A program made the position numbers and the translations under genes. Of a DNA stretch of 32,000 nucleotides, positions 1 to 8,203 are shown in pieces. Under the pieces are notes generated by a model that was not told the origin of the DNA, searched no databases, and saw only the letters and a program-made list of their open reading frames with translations. Every line of letters starts with the position of its first letter. Positions within the stretch are counted from its first letter, which is position 1. Source of the DNA: Candidatus Nanosyncoccus sp. (GTDB lineage Bacteria > Patescibacteriota > Saccharimonadia > Saccharimonadales > Saccharimonadaceae); NCBI GenBank assembly GCA_045597305.1, contig JAZLJF010000009.1:21891-53890 (forward strand). The letters run 5' to 3'.

Positions 1-2
1 TT

Positions 3-1091
3 GCAAAAAGGGTAAATTCGTCGAAATTCAATAAGAGATCTTGGGAAGCGGCGATAAAAACTGGTGCTTTTGATAGGTTCGCTGATAGGTCCGATTTGCT
101 ATTTAACCTCGAGGCTATTCAAGCTTTTGGTACGAAATGCCAAAAAGATTTGACATCTGGTCAAACGGACCTTTTTGGTGCTTTTGGAGAGGCTGGTGCT
201 ATTCCAGAGCCAGAATTAAAATCTGCCCCTATGAAAGCATCAGAAAAAGAACAGCTTCTCTGGGAAAGAGATCTGATGGGGTTATATCTTTCGGCCCATC
301 CTTTAGATAAATATGATGTGTATTTTAATGAAAATACACACCCCATGGATCTTATCTCGACTGAAAATGACGGCAAAGTAGTCACGGTAGGCGGAATTAT
401 TACTGATGTCAGGACGATTCTGACAAAATCTGGTACTAAAATGGCGTTCGTAAAGATTGAAAATAAGGTGTCTGATACCGAGATTATTGTATTTCCTTCA
501 ATTTTTGAACAATATGGCGGAAAATTGGTGCAAGATAATGTGATTAAAGTTACAGGTAGAGTTAATGCAAGAGACAAAAATGGAAACATTACTCCTGAAG
601 CGAAGGTGTTAGCAGAGCAAATTGAGGTAATTTCGGATGAATTTCTAGAAAATTATCAAAGTACGGGTCAAAAACTTGCCGCTCCAGTGCTTGCTCCACA
701 GACGAAGAGAAATTACGGCAGTAAGAGTAAGGTTTCGGCCGAAAACGTCTCAAATGGCCGTTCTGGCGGCTCAGGCGTGAAATTTGACTCAAGAAATGGC
801 TCAAAAAACAATTATGAGGCTAATGCTACCCCTGTTGTGCCAAATACGCCGCCGAAAGACCCGAGAAAAGAACGCTTATATTGTCTAATAAAGGACCCGA
901 ATAATACAGAAGTACTATCCGAGATTAAACATCTTTGTGATTTAAACCCGGGCATGAAAGAAGTAGTTTTAGTTTTAGAGGAAAATTCCGACAAAACGCC
1001 ACTAAAAATGCCGTTTAAGATTGAATTATCAGATGAGCTGTTAGTTTCTTTGACGAAGTTATTAGGTGATGAGCAGGTCAAAGTTGCGTAG
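3..1091 (+). CDS. dnaE: DNA polymerase III alpha subunit, C-terminal part (gene starts upstream of window)
   Basis: Frame is open from nt 3 (AKRVNSSKFNKRSWEAAIKTGAFDRF...), upstream of the tracked Met at 96. ERDLMGLYLSAHPLDKY and the OB-fold-like VTVGGIITDVRTILTKSGTKMAFVKIEN are typical of the DnaE C-terminus. They are followed by a ~150-aa low-complexity/unique tail. Confidence 0.85.
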   Translation, partial: AKRVNSSKFNKRSWEAAIKTGAFDRFADRSDLLFNLEAIQAFGTKCQKDLTSGQTDLFGAFGEAGAIPEPELKSAPMKASEKEQLLWERDLMGLYLSAHPLDKYDVYFNENTHPMDLISTENDGKVVTVGGIITDVRTILTKSGTKMAFVKIENKVSDTEIIVFPSIFEQYGGKLVQDNVIKVTGRVNARDKNGNITPEAKVLAEQIEVISDEFLENYQSTGQKLAAPVLAPQTKRNYGSKSKVSAENVSNGRSGGSGVKFDSRNGSKNNYEANATPVVPNTPPKDPRKERLYCLIKDPNNTEVLSEIKHLCDLNPGMKEVVLVLEENSDKTPLKMPFKIELSDELLVSLTKLLGDEQVKVA

Positions 1092-1097
1092 CTAGAC

Positions 1098-1125
1098 TTG
1101 CCCTCTTTTGTAAAAGTGTTATAAT
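1098..1125 (+). promoter_or_regulatory. promoter placed for a leaderless SpoU-methyltransferase mRNA
   Basis: TTGCCC (1098-1103), 16 nt, TGTTATAAT (1117-1125). The A of ATG 1132 is the 7th nt after the -10 hexamer and no SD is present. Confidence 0.5.
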
Positions 1126-1131
1126 TTAAGT

Positions 1132-1641
1132 ATGGAAATAGTGTTATCCCTACACAATATCCGTTCAGTCTACAATGTGGGCGCTATTCTTAGGACGGCT
1201 GAAGGATTGGGGATAAATCATGTTGTATGTTCTGGATATACTCCTTGTGCTCTTGATCCGAATGCTTTACCTCATGTATCTGACAAAATTGCACGCCAGA
1301 TTGAAAAGACAGCACTTGGTGCGGAGAAGTTAGTTGATTTGCGTTGGTGTGAAGATCCGAGGATATTTTATCAATCTTATAAAGACAAAGGATATCAAAT
1401 TATCGGTCTTGAAAATCGGATTGATGATGGAAGGAAGTTCACGTTAGGCTCACCTGCACTTTTGAATAGATTACGAGATAAGGCAGTATTGATTCTTGGA
1501 GAAGAAGTCCAAGGCATTGACAAAAGTCTATATGATTTAGTAGATTTGTTTATCGAAATTCCGATGGTGGGGAAAAAGGAATCTTTCAATGTCTCGGTTG
1601 CAGCTGGTATTGCTCTGTATGCCTTGAAAACTGCATTTTGA
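1132..1641 (+). CDS. SpoU/TrmH-family RNA 2'-O-methyltransferase (substrate not assignable)
   Basis: 169 aa. Motifs LHNIRSVYNVGAILRTAEGLG, LILGEEVQGI and IPMVGKKESFNVSVAAGIALYAL match the SPOUT/SpoU knot region. Confidence 0.8.
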   Translation: MEIVLSLHNIRSVYNVGAILRTAEGLGINHVVCSGYTPCALDPNALPHVSDKIARQIEKTALGAEKLVDLRWCEDPRIFYQSYKDKGYQIIGLENRIDDGRKFTLGSPALLNRLRDKAVLILGEEVQGIDKSLYDLVDLFIEIPMVGKKESFNVSVAAGIALYALKTAF

Positions 1642-1658
1642 TTGGGGGATAATATCCG

Positions 1659-2996
1659 GTGGGAAACAACGCAGAAAAAACACGATATTATGCTTGTATA
1701 GATTTGAAATCATTTTATGCTTCTGTTGAATGTGTTGAAAGAGGACTAGATCCTTTAAGAGCTGATTTGGTAGTGGCTGATGTGAAACGAACGAGGGGGA
1801 CAGTATGCCTTGCAGTATCGCCATCACTGAAAGAAAAAGGCGTCAAGAATCGATGTCGACTTTTTCAAATTCCGAACAAAATACTCGATAAAACCATTAT
1901 CGCTCCACCTAGGATGCAAAAATATATTGATTATTCAGCTCGAATATATGGCGTCTATTTGAATTACATTTCAAAAGATGATATATTTCCTTATTCTGTT
2001 GACGAGGTTTTTATTGATCTTACAAGCTATCTCAAGCTATACAAGAAGACACCTCGGGAGATGGTTAAATTTTTGATGGATGAAGTATGTAACAAAATCG
2101 GTGTTAGAGCGACAGCAGGTGTTGGAACGAATATGTATCTTGCAAAAATTGCGCTAGATATTCTTGCAAAGCATTCGGATGATTATATTGGCGAGCTGAC
2201 AGAAGCGACGTTTAAGGCGAAATTATGGGATTACACTCCGATATCGGATTTTTGGAGGATTGGTCCGGGCACTGCGAAAAAATTGGCCGATCACCGAATT
2301 TTTACGATGCATGATATAGCCATAGCGGATAAAAATATACTTTACCAAGTGTTTGGTATAGATGCAGAATTACTGATTGATCATGCATGGGGTCGTGAGC
2401 CAGTGACGATTGCAGATGTAAAAAAATATAAGCCAAAAAGCCAAAGCATTTCACAAGGTCAAGTTCTACCCAGGGACTACAATGCTGATGAGACAGCTTT
2501 GGTAGTTCGAGAAATGATGCGGGATATAATGTTACGTTGCACAAAAGAAAATAAATCTGCTACCTCAGTATCTTTGACGATAGTGCCGAGTTATAAAGAA
2601 AAATTGAAGGATTTTAGCGAGTATGAATTACGCAAGTCCGAAAATTACTTATCAGGCTCTATGCAACTAAATGGAGATCCGATCAAGGTGGTTTCTGCGC
2701 TTTTTGATAAGATTGTAGATAAAGAATTATCGTATAGACGAATCTATCTTAATCTTGGAAAACTATCTGATAAAGCGGATAAGATATTGGTTCAAAAACA
2801 TATGTTTAACGAGCTATTTCCAGAGGAAAAAAATAGGCAGAAGATGATGGACGAAAACGAAAAAATTGAAGATGCTATCATTAAAATTCGTGAAAAACAT
2901 GGAAAATCTGCCATCATGACAGCGGAGGATCTTGAGGAGGCTGGAACAACTATAGCACGTAATAAAATGATTGGAGGACATCAAGCAAATGTCTAA
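1659..2996 (+). CDS. Y-family (translesion) DNA polymerase, UvrX/YqjW/UmuC-like
   Basis: 445 aa with a GTG start after GGGGGA. Catalytic motifs YACIDLKSFYASVECV and YSVDEVFIDLT are present, and the overall layout fits the Y family. Confidence 0.85.
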   Translation: MGNNAEKTRYYACIDLKSFYASVECVERGLDPLRADLVVADVKRTRGTVCLAVSPSLKEKGVKNRCRLFQIPNKILDKTIIAPPRMQKYIDYSARIYGVYLNYISKDDIFPYSVDEVFIDLTSYLKLYKKTPREMVKFLMDEVCNKIGVRATAGVGTNMYLAKIALDILAKHSDDYIGELTEATFKAKLWDYTPISDFWRIGPGTAKKLADHRIFTMHDIAIADKNILYQVFGIDAELLIDHAWGREPVTIADVKKYKPKSQSISQGQVLPRDYNADETALVVREMMRDIMLRCTKENKSATSVSLTIVPSYKEKLKDFSEYELRKSENYLSGSMQLNGDPIKVVSALFDKIVDKELSYRRIYLNLGKLSDKADKILVQKHMFNELFPEEKNRQKMMDENEKIEDAIIKIREKHGKSAIMTAEDLEEAGTTIARNKMIGGHQANV

Positions 2997-3165
2997 TTTG
3001 AATAAAATGTCGCTCGGTAAAATGCCGATTTCGCAAAGAGCGAAACAATTTTTGCCATTTTCTAGCCTAAATGGTCTAGAAGATGCATATCTGAAAAAAG
3101 AGTGGGAAATAGAATCAAGACAAAAGATGAAAGACAGAATTTGGAAAATCGAGAATGACGAGTGA
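2989..3165 (+). CDS. small YolD-like protein (58 aa) coupled to the Y-family polymerase
   Basis: ATG 2989 is preceded by GGAGGA (2973-2978) and overlaps the polymerase stop (ATGTCTAA). RAKQFLPFSSLNGLEDA resembles the conserved RAxQFxPFxALxG core of YolD-like proteins found next to Y-family polymerases in Firmicutes. It is shorter than usual. Confidence 0.55.
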   Translation: MSNLNKMSLGKMPISQRAKQFLPFSSLNGLEDAYLKKEWEIESRQKMKDRIWKIENDE

Positions 3166-3169
3166 ATTT

Positions 3170-3198
3170 TTGCCTAATATACCCAATTATAGTATAAT
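3170..3198 (+). promoter_or_regulatory. leuS promoter
   Basis: TTGCCT (3170-3175), 17 nt, TATAAT (3193-3198). AAGAGGAAAA SD before ATG 3240. Confidence 0.6.
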
Positions 3199-3239
3199 AG
3201 TAGAAATTAATCGTGTGGAATAGGTAAAAAGAGGAAAAC

Positions 3240-5684
3240 ATGGATCGTTATAATCCGCAAAAAATAGAGAAAAAATGGCAAGATAAATGGGAGAAAGAGG
3301 AGACTTTTCGTGCTGTGTCGGAAGGCAATGTTTTGCCTGAAAATCCTGATGCTCCAAAGATGTTTTTGGCGGAAATGTTCCCTTATCCATCCGGTGCAGG
3401 ATTACATGTAGGCCACGTGCGTAATTTTACCATTGTAGATGTTTTGGCTCGATTCTACACGCAACAGCAAATGAATGTGCTTCGTCCATTTGGCTATGAT
3501 ACTTTTGGCTTGCCGGCTGAAAATTACGCTATAAAGACTGGCATTTCTCCACAAGAAGCGACGAAGACGAATATTGCTAATTTCCGCAAACAATTAAAGC
3601 GTCTTGGTTATGCGATTGATTGGTCACGCGAAATAAATACATCTGACCCAGAATATTACCGTTGGACTCAATGGTGCTTCTTGCAACTCTACAAAAAGGG
3701 TCTTGCTTATCGCAAAGAGAGTTATCAGTGGTGGTGTCCTGTAGATCAGACTGTACTTGCGAACGAACAGGTAGAAAATGGCTGTTGTTGGCGCTGTGGT
3801 CATGAAGTCGAAAAGAAGAATATGAAACAGTGGTTTTTCAAAATTACTGATTATGCCGATGAATTATTAGCTGATATTGACGGACTAAATTGGCCTGAAA
3901 AGATCAAGACAATGCAGAGAAACTGGATTGGCAGAAGTGAAGGCGCTGAAATTGAATTCGAAGTCGATGGATTCGAAAAGACCTATATTAAGGTTTTCAC
4001 TACGCGTCCAGACACGGTTTTCGGGGCGACTTTCCTTGTGCTTGCGCCTGAGCATCAAATGATAAAAGATCTAGTCAATGATAAGACTCGTGCTGAGGTG
4101 GAAAAGTATCAGTCAAATGCTCTTAAAAAGTCCGAAATTGAACGTCAAGAGAACAAAGAAAAAACAGGTGTTTTCACAGGATCATATGTAATAAATCCTG
4201 CGACTGGAGAGAAAATCCCTGTTTGGGTATCTGACTATGTCTTAATGGGCTATGGTGAAGGTGCAATTATGGCTGTCCCTGCGCATGACGAGCGTGATTA
4301 CGATTTCGCGACTAAATTTGAGCTTCCAATAAAAGAAGTAATTGAAAAACCAGAGAACATTTCAGATGATGATAAATGCTATCATGGTGAAGGAAAACTA
4401 ATTAATTCTGGACACTTAAATGGTACGGATTCTTCCGAAGCGCGAGAATTGGTAGTAAATTGGCTTTCGCAACAGGGCGTCGGAAAGCAAAGAGTTACAT
4501 ACAAGATGCGTGATTGGCTAATATCTCGTCAACGATACTGGGGTTGTCCTATTCCAATTGCTTATGACGAAGACGGAAATGAATATCCAATTCCTGAAGA
4601 TCAGCTTCCAGTTATGATCCCAGAGGTAGAAGATTATAAGCCTGATAATACGGGTCGAAGTGCTCTTGCTAAGGCAGAAGATTGGCTCCATTTTGAGATG
4701 GAAGTTGAGGACAAAAATACTGGCAAAAAAGTCAAGAAGAAATTACTACGTGAAACTGATACGTTAGACGGATATGCATGCTCTTCTTGGTATCTTTGGC
4801 GCTATACCTCTCCGTCCAATAAAGGCGCAGCTTGGGACAAGGATGCAATATCGTACTGGGCTCCGACAGATGTTTATGTTGGCGCGGATCATGCTGTCGC
4901 GCATCTTCTTTATATCAGATTTTGGTGTAAATTCTTTGCCGATGAAGGCTATCTTCCATTTCGTGAGCCAGTGAAAACTTTGCTTTATAACGGGTATATC
5001 AATGCCCCAGACGGCAAGAAAATGAGTAAAAGCAAGGGTAATGTGATCGACCCACTTGATGTTATTGATCAAGGATACGGAGCTGATACACTGCGTACAT
5101 ACGAAATGTTTATCGGGCCGTATGACCAAGATGCTGCATGGGATCCAAAATCTGTCGGTGGCGTTTATCGATTCTTGAATCGTTGCTGGACTCTTTGTTT
5201 TGATGAAAATTTGCAAGATAAGAATGCAAGTAACGAGAAAAATCGCCTTATCCGTCATAAAACCATTAAAAAGGTATCTGATGATATCTATAGACACAAT
5301 TTCAATACTGCAGTCTCTTCACTGATGGAATATGTCAACGTACTTTACAAAGAAAAAGCGTCAATTGAGGATATTATTACGCTCGCGAAATTGATCAAAC
5401 CATTTGCTCCTCATCTAGCTTGTGAAATGCTGGAAAAAATGGAATCTGATGACGTTTGGCCAACTTGGGAAGAAAAATATCTTGTGTCTGATGACGTTGA
5501 AGTGGTAGTGCAGGTCAATGGTAAACTACGTGCAAAACTCTCTGTAAGCAAAGATGACCTTGAAGATCAAGCAAAGATAGAAAAACTTGCGCTTTCGGAT
5601 GATAATGTTAAGAAATACGTCGCTGATAATATGAAGAAGATTATTTTCGTGAAGCAAGCAAAGCTTATAAATATCGTTGCCTAA
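3240..5684 (+). CDS. leuS: leucyl-tRNA synthetase
   Basis: 814 aa. HIGH-type motif (GLHVGHVRNF), KMSKS motif (GKKMSKSKGN), and a CP1 editing-domain-sized insertion. Confidence 0.97.
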   Translation: MDRYNPQKIEKKWQDKWEKEETFRAVSEGNVLPENPDAPKMFLAEMFPYPSGAGLHVGHVRNFTIVDVLARFYTQQQMNVLRPFGYDTFGLPAENYAIKTGISPQEATKTNIANFRKQLKRLGYAIDWSREINTSDPEYYRWTQWCFLQLYKKGLAYRKESYQWWCPVDQTVLANEQVENGCCWRCGHEVEKKNMKQWFFKITDYADELLADIDGLNWPEKIKTMQRNWIGRSEGAEIEFEVDGFEKTYIKVFTTRPDTVFGATFLVLAPEHQMIKDLVNDKTRAEVEKYQSNALKKSEIERQENKEKTGVFTGSYVINPATGEKIPVWVSDYVLMGYGEGAIMAVPAHDERDYDFATKFELPIKEVIEKPENISDDDKCYHGEGKLINSGHLNGTDSSEARELVVNWLSQQGVGKQRVTYKMRDWLISRQRYWGCPIPIAYDEDGNEYPIPEDQLPVMIPEVEDYKPDNTGRSALAKAEDWLHFEMEVEDKNTGKKVKKKLLRETDTLDGYACSSWYLWRYTSPSNKGAAWDKDAISYWAPTDVYVGADHAVAHLLYIRFWCKFFADEGYLPFREPVKTLLYNGYINAPDGKKMSKSKGNVIDPLDVIDQGYGADTLRTYEMFIGPYDQDAAWDPKSVGGVYRFLNRCWTLCFDENLQDKNASNEKNRLIRHKTIKKVSDDIYRHNFNTAVSSLMEYVNVLYKEKASIEDIITLAKLIKPFAPHLACEMLEKMESDDVWPTWEEKYLVSDDVEVVVQVNGKLRAKLSVSKDDLEDQAKIEKLALSDDNVKKYVADNMKKIIFVKQAKLINIVA

Positions 5685-5821
5685 ATTCACTACCATTACA
5701 TACGCATTGGATGTATGCGACGGCTGCGTCTATGATATTACCGACACGTTGATAAACGATGACTATTTGATGCTACTATCAAAGAAGAATGCGATTGATG
5801 AAGCTTTGAATCTGTAAAATT

Positions 5822-5847
5822 AAAGGCGTGTTTTATCACGCCTTTTT
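5822..5847 (+). terminator. intrinsic terminator downstream of leuS
   Basis: AAAGGCGTG-ttttat-CACGCCTTT followed by TT. It lies 138 nt after the leuS stop. Confidence 0.8.
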
Positions 5848-5865
5848 AATTAGGCTGGATTTCAC

Positions 5866-5894
5866 TTGTCAGAATACGATTTTTGTGATAAACT
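5866..5894 (+). promoter_or_regulatory. promoter of L32-like/nusB/Nudix unit
   Basis: TTGTCA (5866-5871), 17 nt, extended -10 TGATAAACT (5886-5894). Confidence 0.55.
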
Positions 5895-5927
5895 AATACA
5901 AATTTATATTATTAAACGGAGCATAAA

Positions 5928-6137
5928 ATGCCTGAACCTAAAAAACAGAGTAGTGCTCGTAAGACCGGACTACGCCGTAGCCACTTACGTTTGAAACTTG
6001 CTCGTGCAGTTAACAAAAAATCGCCTGTCAAGGCTTTTGAAACGAAGAAATCAACTCCTCGTCTAAAGGTTAAAACTACACGCCCTGCAGTAAAAGCTAC
6101 TAAAAAATCAACTAAATCAGTAAAGAAGAGTAAATAA
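5928..6137 (+). CDS. rpmF: ribosomal protein bL32-like with lysine-rich C-terminal tail, no Cys ligands
   Basis: N-terminus MPEPKKQSSARKTGLRRSHLRL matches the bL32 signature (PKxxxSxxxxxxRRSH). ACGGAG SD. The remainder is K-rich and unlike the canonical zinc-ribbon part. Confidence 0.6.
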   Translation: MPEPKKQSSARKTGLRRSHLRLKLARAVNKKSPVKAFETKKSTPRLKVKTTRPAVKATKKSTKSVKKSK

Positions 6138-6667
6138 TGGCAAGTAATCGGCACCTCGGTAGAATTATTTCGCTACAAAGCTTGTATGAATACGAGTTTC
6201 GCGAGAAGGCGGGCGATACAGAAGCCGATCTTAATACTATTATTGCTAAAAACATTGAGCCATACGAAAAAGCTCTCGGAGATACAGAGTTTGTATATCA
6301 GTTAACAACTGGTGTAATGGAAAAAGCTAAATCTCTCGACGAAGATCTAAAACCATTGGCTCCAGAATGGCCAATTAGTTCAATTGCGGCGATCGATAGA
6401 AATGTCCTTCGCATAGGACTTTTTGAGCTAAAATATTGCGGAGATAAGGTTCCGCCAAAGGTTGCTATTAACGAAGCTGTGGAACTTGCAAAAGCGTTCG
6501 GTTCCGAGAATTCGTCAAGATTTATTAATGGAGTGCTTGGGACTGCATTTCGACAGATAAATCCGGAAGCTGCCACTAAGGATAATAATGAAATATCAAT
6601 CAAAACAGAAGACGGGCAAAGAGCAGAAGCAGACGATAAAGCGGCAATCGATAAATCAGAAGCCTAA
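6137..6667 (+). CDS. nusB: transcription antitermination factor NusB
   Basis: 176 aa. RIISLQSLYEYEF..., IDRNVLRIGLFELKY and PPKVAINEAVELAKAFGSENSSRFINGVLG are NusB hallmarks. TAATG overlap with the L32-like gene. ~35-aa charged C-terminal tail. Confidence 0.92.
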   Translation: MASNRHLGRIISLQSLYEYEFREKAGDTEADLNTIIAKNIEPYEKALGDTEFVYQLTTGVMEKAKSLDEDLKPLAPEWPISSIAAIDRNVLRIGLFELKYCGDKVPPKVAINEAVELAKAFGSENSSRFINGVLGTAFRQINPEAATKDNNEISIKTEDGQRAEADDKAAIDKSEA

Positions 6668-7265
6668 TCAGACGAATCAGCTAAGTAGATCTGCTAGAAT
6701 AAACTACAAAAAACCTGATTTAACCTATCGTAGTCCGAAAGGTACCCTAAAGATTCCAGAGGCGCTACCTACAAAGGAGTATAAAGAATCAGCTTTTTCT
6801 CGTATTTTTCATAAAAAACCGGCAATTCAAGAAATTGTTCGTGAGCCAACTTCTGGTGGTATTGTTTTTCGTATGACTCCAGACCAACACGATATTGAGA
6901 TTTTACTGATTCAAGATTCAAAAAATCGATGGACTATTCCAAAAGGGCACATTGAGCCTGGTGAAACAGCGAAGCAAACTGCGATTCGTGAGATAGGAGA
7001 AGAGTCTGGGCTTCATCATGTGCGCGTTCTAACTTGGCTTGGGAAAATACATTTCAAATATCGCCGCCAGGATAAGCTAGTATTAATGACGACACAAATT
7101 TATTTAGTTCGCGCTTTAGATAACCATGAAAAGCCGCAAAAAGAGAAGTGGATGAATGGCATTAAATGGTTCAAATTCAGTGATGCTATTGACGCGGTAG
7201 AATATGAAGACATCGAAAAATTAATGCTCATTGCACGAAAAAAGATTCGTTCAGGTGAATTTTAA
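6588..7265 (+). CDS. NUDIX hydrolase (start uncertain; tracked ATG overlaps nusB by 80 nt)
   Basis: Perfect Nudix box GHIEPGETAKQTAIREIGEESGL (GX5EX7REUXEEXGU). ATG 6588 is the only canonical in-frame start upstream of the fold. The N-terminal ~85 aa are K/Q-rich low complexity. Confidence 0.8.
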   Translation: MKYQSKQKTGKEQKQTIKRQSINQKPNQTNQLSRSARINYKKPDLTYRSPKGTLKIPEALPTKEYKESAFSRIFHKKPAIQEIVREPTSGGIVFRMTPDQHDIEILLIQDSKNRWTIPKGHIEPGETAKQTAIREIGEESGLHHVRVLTWLGKIHFKYRRQDKLVLMTTQIYLVRALDNHEKPQKEKWMNGIKWFKFSDAIDAVEYEDIEKLMLIARKKIRSGEF

Positions 7266-7307
7266 CGTCGTATACCGGCTACACAATATTTATCTTGAAG
7301 GAGGAAA

Positions 7308-8030
7308 ATGAATAGAGAAGAAAAAGATTTATATCAGAAGTTTGCAAAAGAAAAGCTAGGTTTTGAGTTTAATAATATTGAGCTTTTAATTACGGCTTTG
7401 ACACACCGAAGCTATATAAATGAGCACAAAAATGCAAAAATCGAACATAATGAACGTCTGGAATTTCTTGGCGATGCGGTGCTAGAACTAGTTTCTTCAG
7501 ACTTTCTGTTTAAGAATTATAAAGAGCCAGAAGGAATCATGACGGCATGGCGAAGTGCGCTTGTACGAACAGAATCTATTGGCGCAGCAGGTGAGGCTTT
7601 GGGATATGAACCTCTAGTCAGACTCTCTCATGGAGAAAAAATGGATTCGGCAAGAGCGCATGCCGTCATTCTAGCCGATTGTTTTGAAGCCGTGATTGGT
7701 GCAATCTACCTTGATCAAGGATACGATGAAGCGAAGAAATTCATAGAGAAACACATTCTAGTGAAAATTGACCAAATTTTAGACGATGAATCTTGGCGCG
7801 ATCCAAAGTCCTATTTCCAGGAGCTTGCGCAGCACTATGATGGGATTACCCCACTTTACCAGGTTATAAAGGAAGAAGGACCGGATCATGATAAGGTGTT
7901 TACTGTTGGAGCATATGTAGGTCGACAGTTAAAAGGCGTTGGAAGTGGTTATTCAAAGCAAGAAGCGCAAGGCGAAGCCGCAAGAGAAGGCGTCAAAAAA
8001 TACCGCGCGGAGCACCCAAAGCAAGCATAG
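7308..8030 (+). CDS. rnc: ribonuclease III
   Basis: 240 aa. Signature NERLEFLGDAVLELV, a C-terminal dsRBD-like segment, and an AAGGAGG SD. Confidence 0.95.
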   Translation: MNREEKDLYQKFAKEKLGFEFNNIELLITALTHRSYINEHKNAKIEHNERLEFLGDAVLELVSSDFLFKNYKEPEGIMTAWRSALVRTESIGAAGEALGYEPLVRLSHGEKMDSARAHAVILADCFEAVIGAIYLDQGYDEAKKFIEKHILVKIDQILDDESWRDPKSYFQELAQHYDGITPLYQVIKEEGPDHDKVFTVGAYVGRQLKGVGSGYSKQEAQGEAAREGVKKYRAEHPKQA

Positions 8031-8057
8031 TATAGCGAAATGGATGCAACACTAAAA

Positions 8058-8081
8058 AGCCTAAACATTGACTTTTAGGCT
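8058..8081. other. hairpin AGCCTAAA/TTTAGGCT downstream of rnc (terminator-like, orientation ambiguous)
   Basis: 8-bp stem (8058-8065/8074-8081). There is no U-tract on the + strand. The A5 run upstream (8054-8058) would give a U-tract on the - strand. The loop contains the -35 of the next promoter. Confidence 0.35.
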
Positions 8082-8096
8082 AAAGTGTGGTATATT
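8068..8096 (+). promoter_or_regulatory. sigma70-type promoter of the orphan cassette
   Basis: TTGACT (8068-8073), 17-nt spacer, TATATT (8091-8096), with TGG immediately upstream (extended -10). Confidence 0.65.
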
Positions 8097-8098
8097 GT

Positions 8099-8125
8099 AG
8101 AGATAAGATTGCGTATCTTATCTCT
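8099..8125. promoter_or_regulatory. 11-bp perfect inverted repeat over predicted +1 (operator-like, or 5' hairpin)
   Basis: AGAGATAAGAT-tgcgt-ATCTTATCTCT. It starts 3 nt after the -10 hexamer and is followed by TTTCT. Confidence 0.5.
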
Positions 8126-8203
8126 TTTCTGCTATACAGAAATTAGAGATATAGCAATTCTAGTAGCTTAAAATTTTATTTCCAAAGGAAGGGGGATATT
8201 CCT

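Noticed and set aside
3199-3239. Possible T-box or other long leader upstream of leuS.
   Set aside because: The promoter at 3170-3198 leaves only ~35 nt of 5' UTR, which is far too short for a T-box. No specifier or antiterminator architecture is visible.
8058-8081. Hairpin after rnc considered as a standard + strand terminator.
   Set aside because: It has no downstream U-tract on the + strand, and the U-tract exists only in the minus orientation. It is kept as an ambiguous hairpin that overlaps the next -35, not called as a confident terminator.
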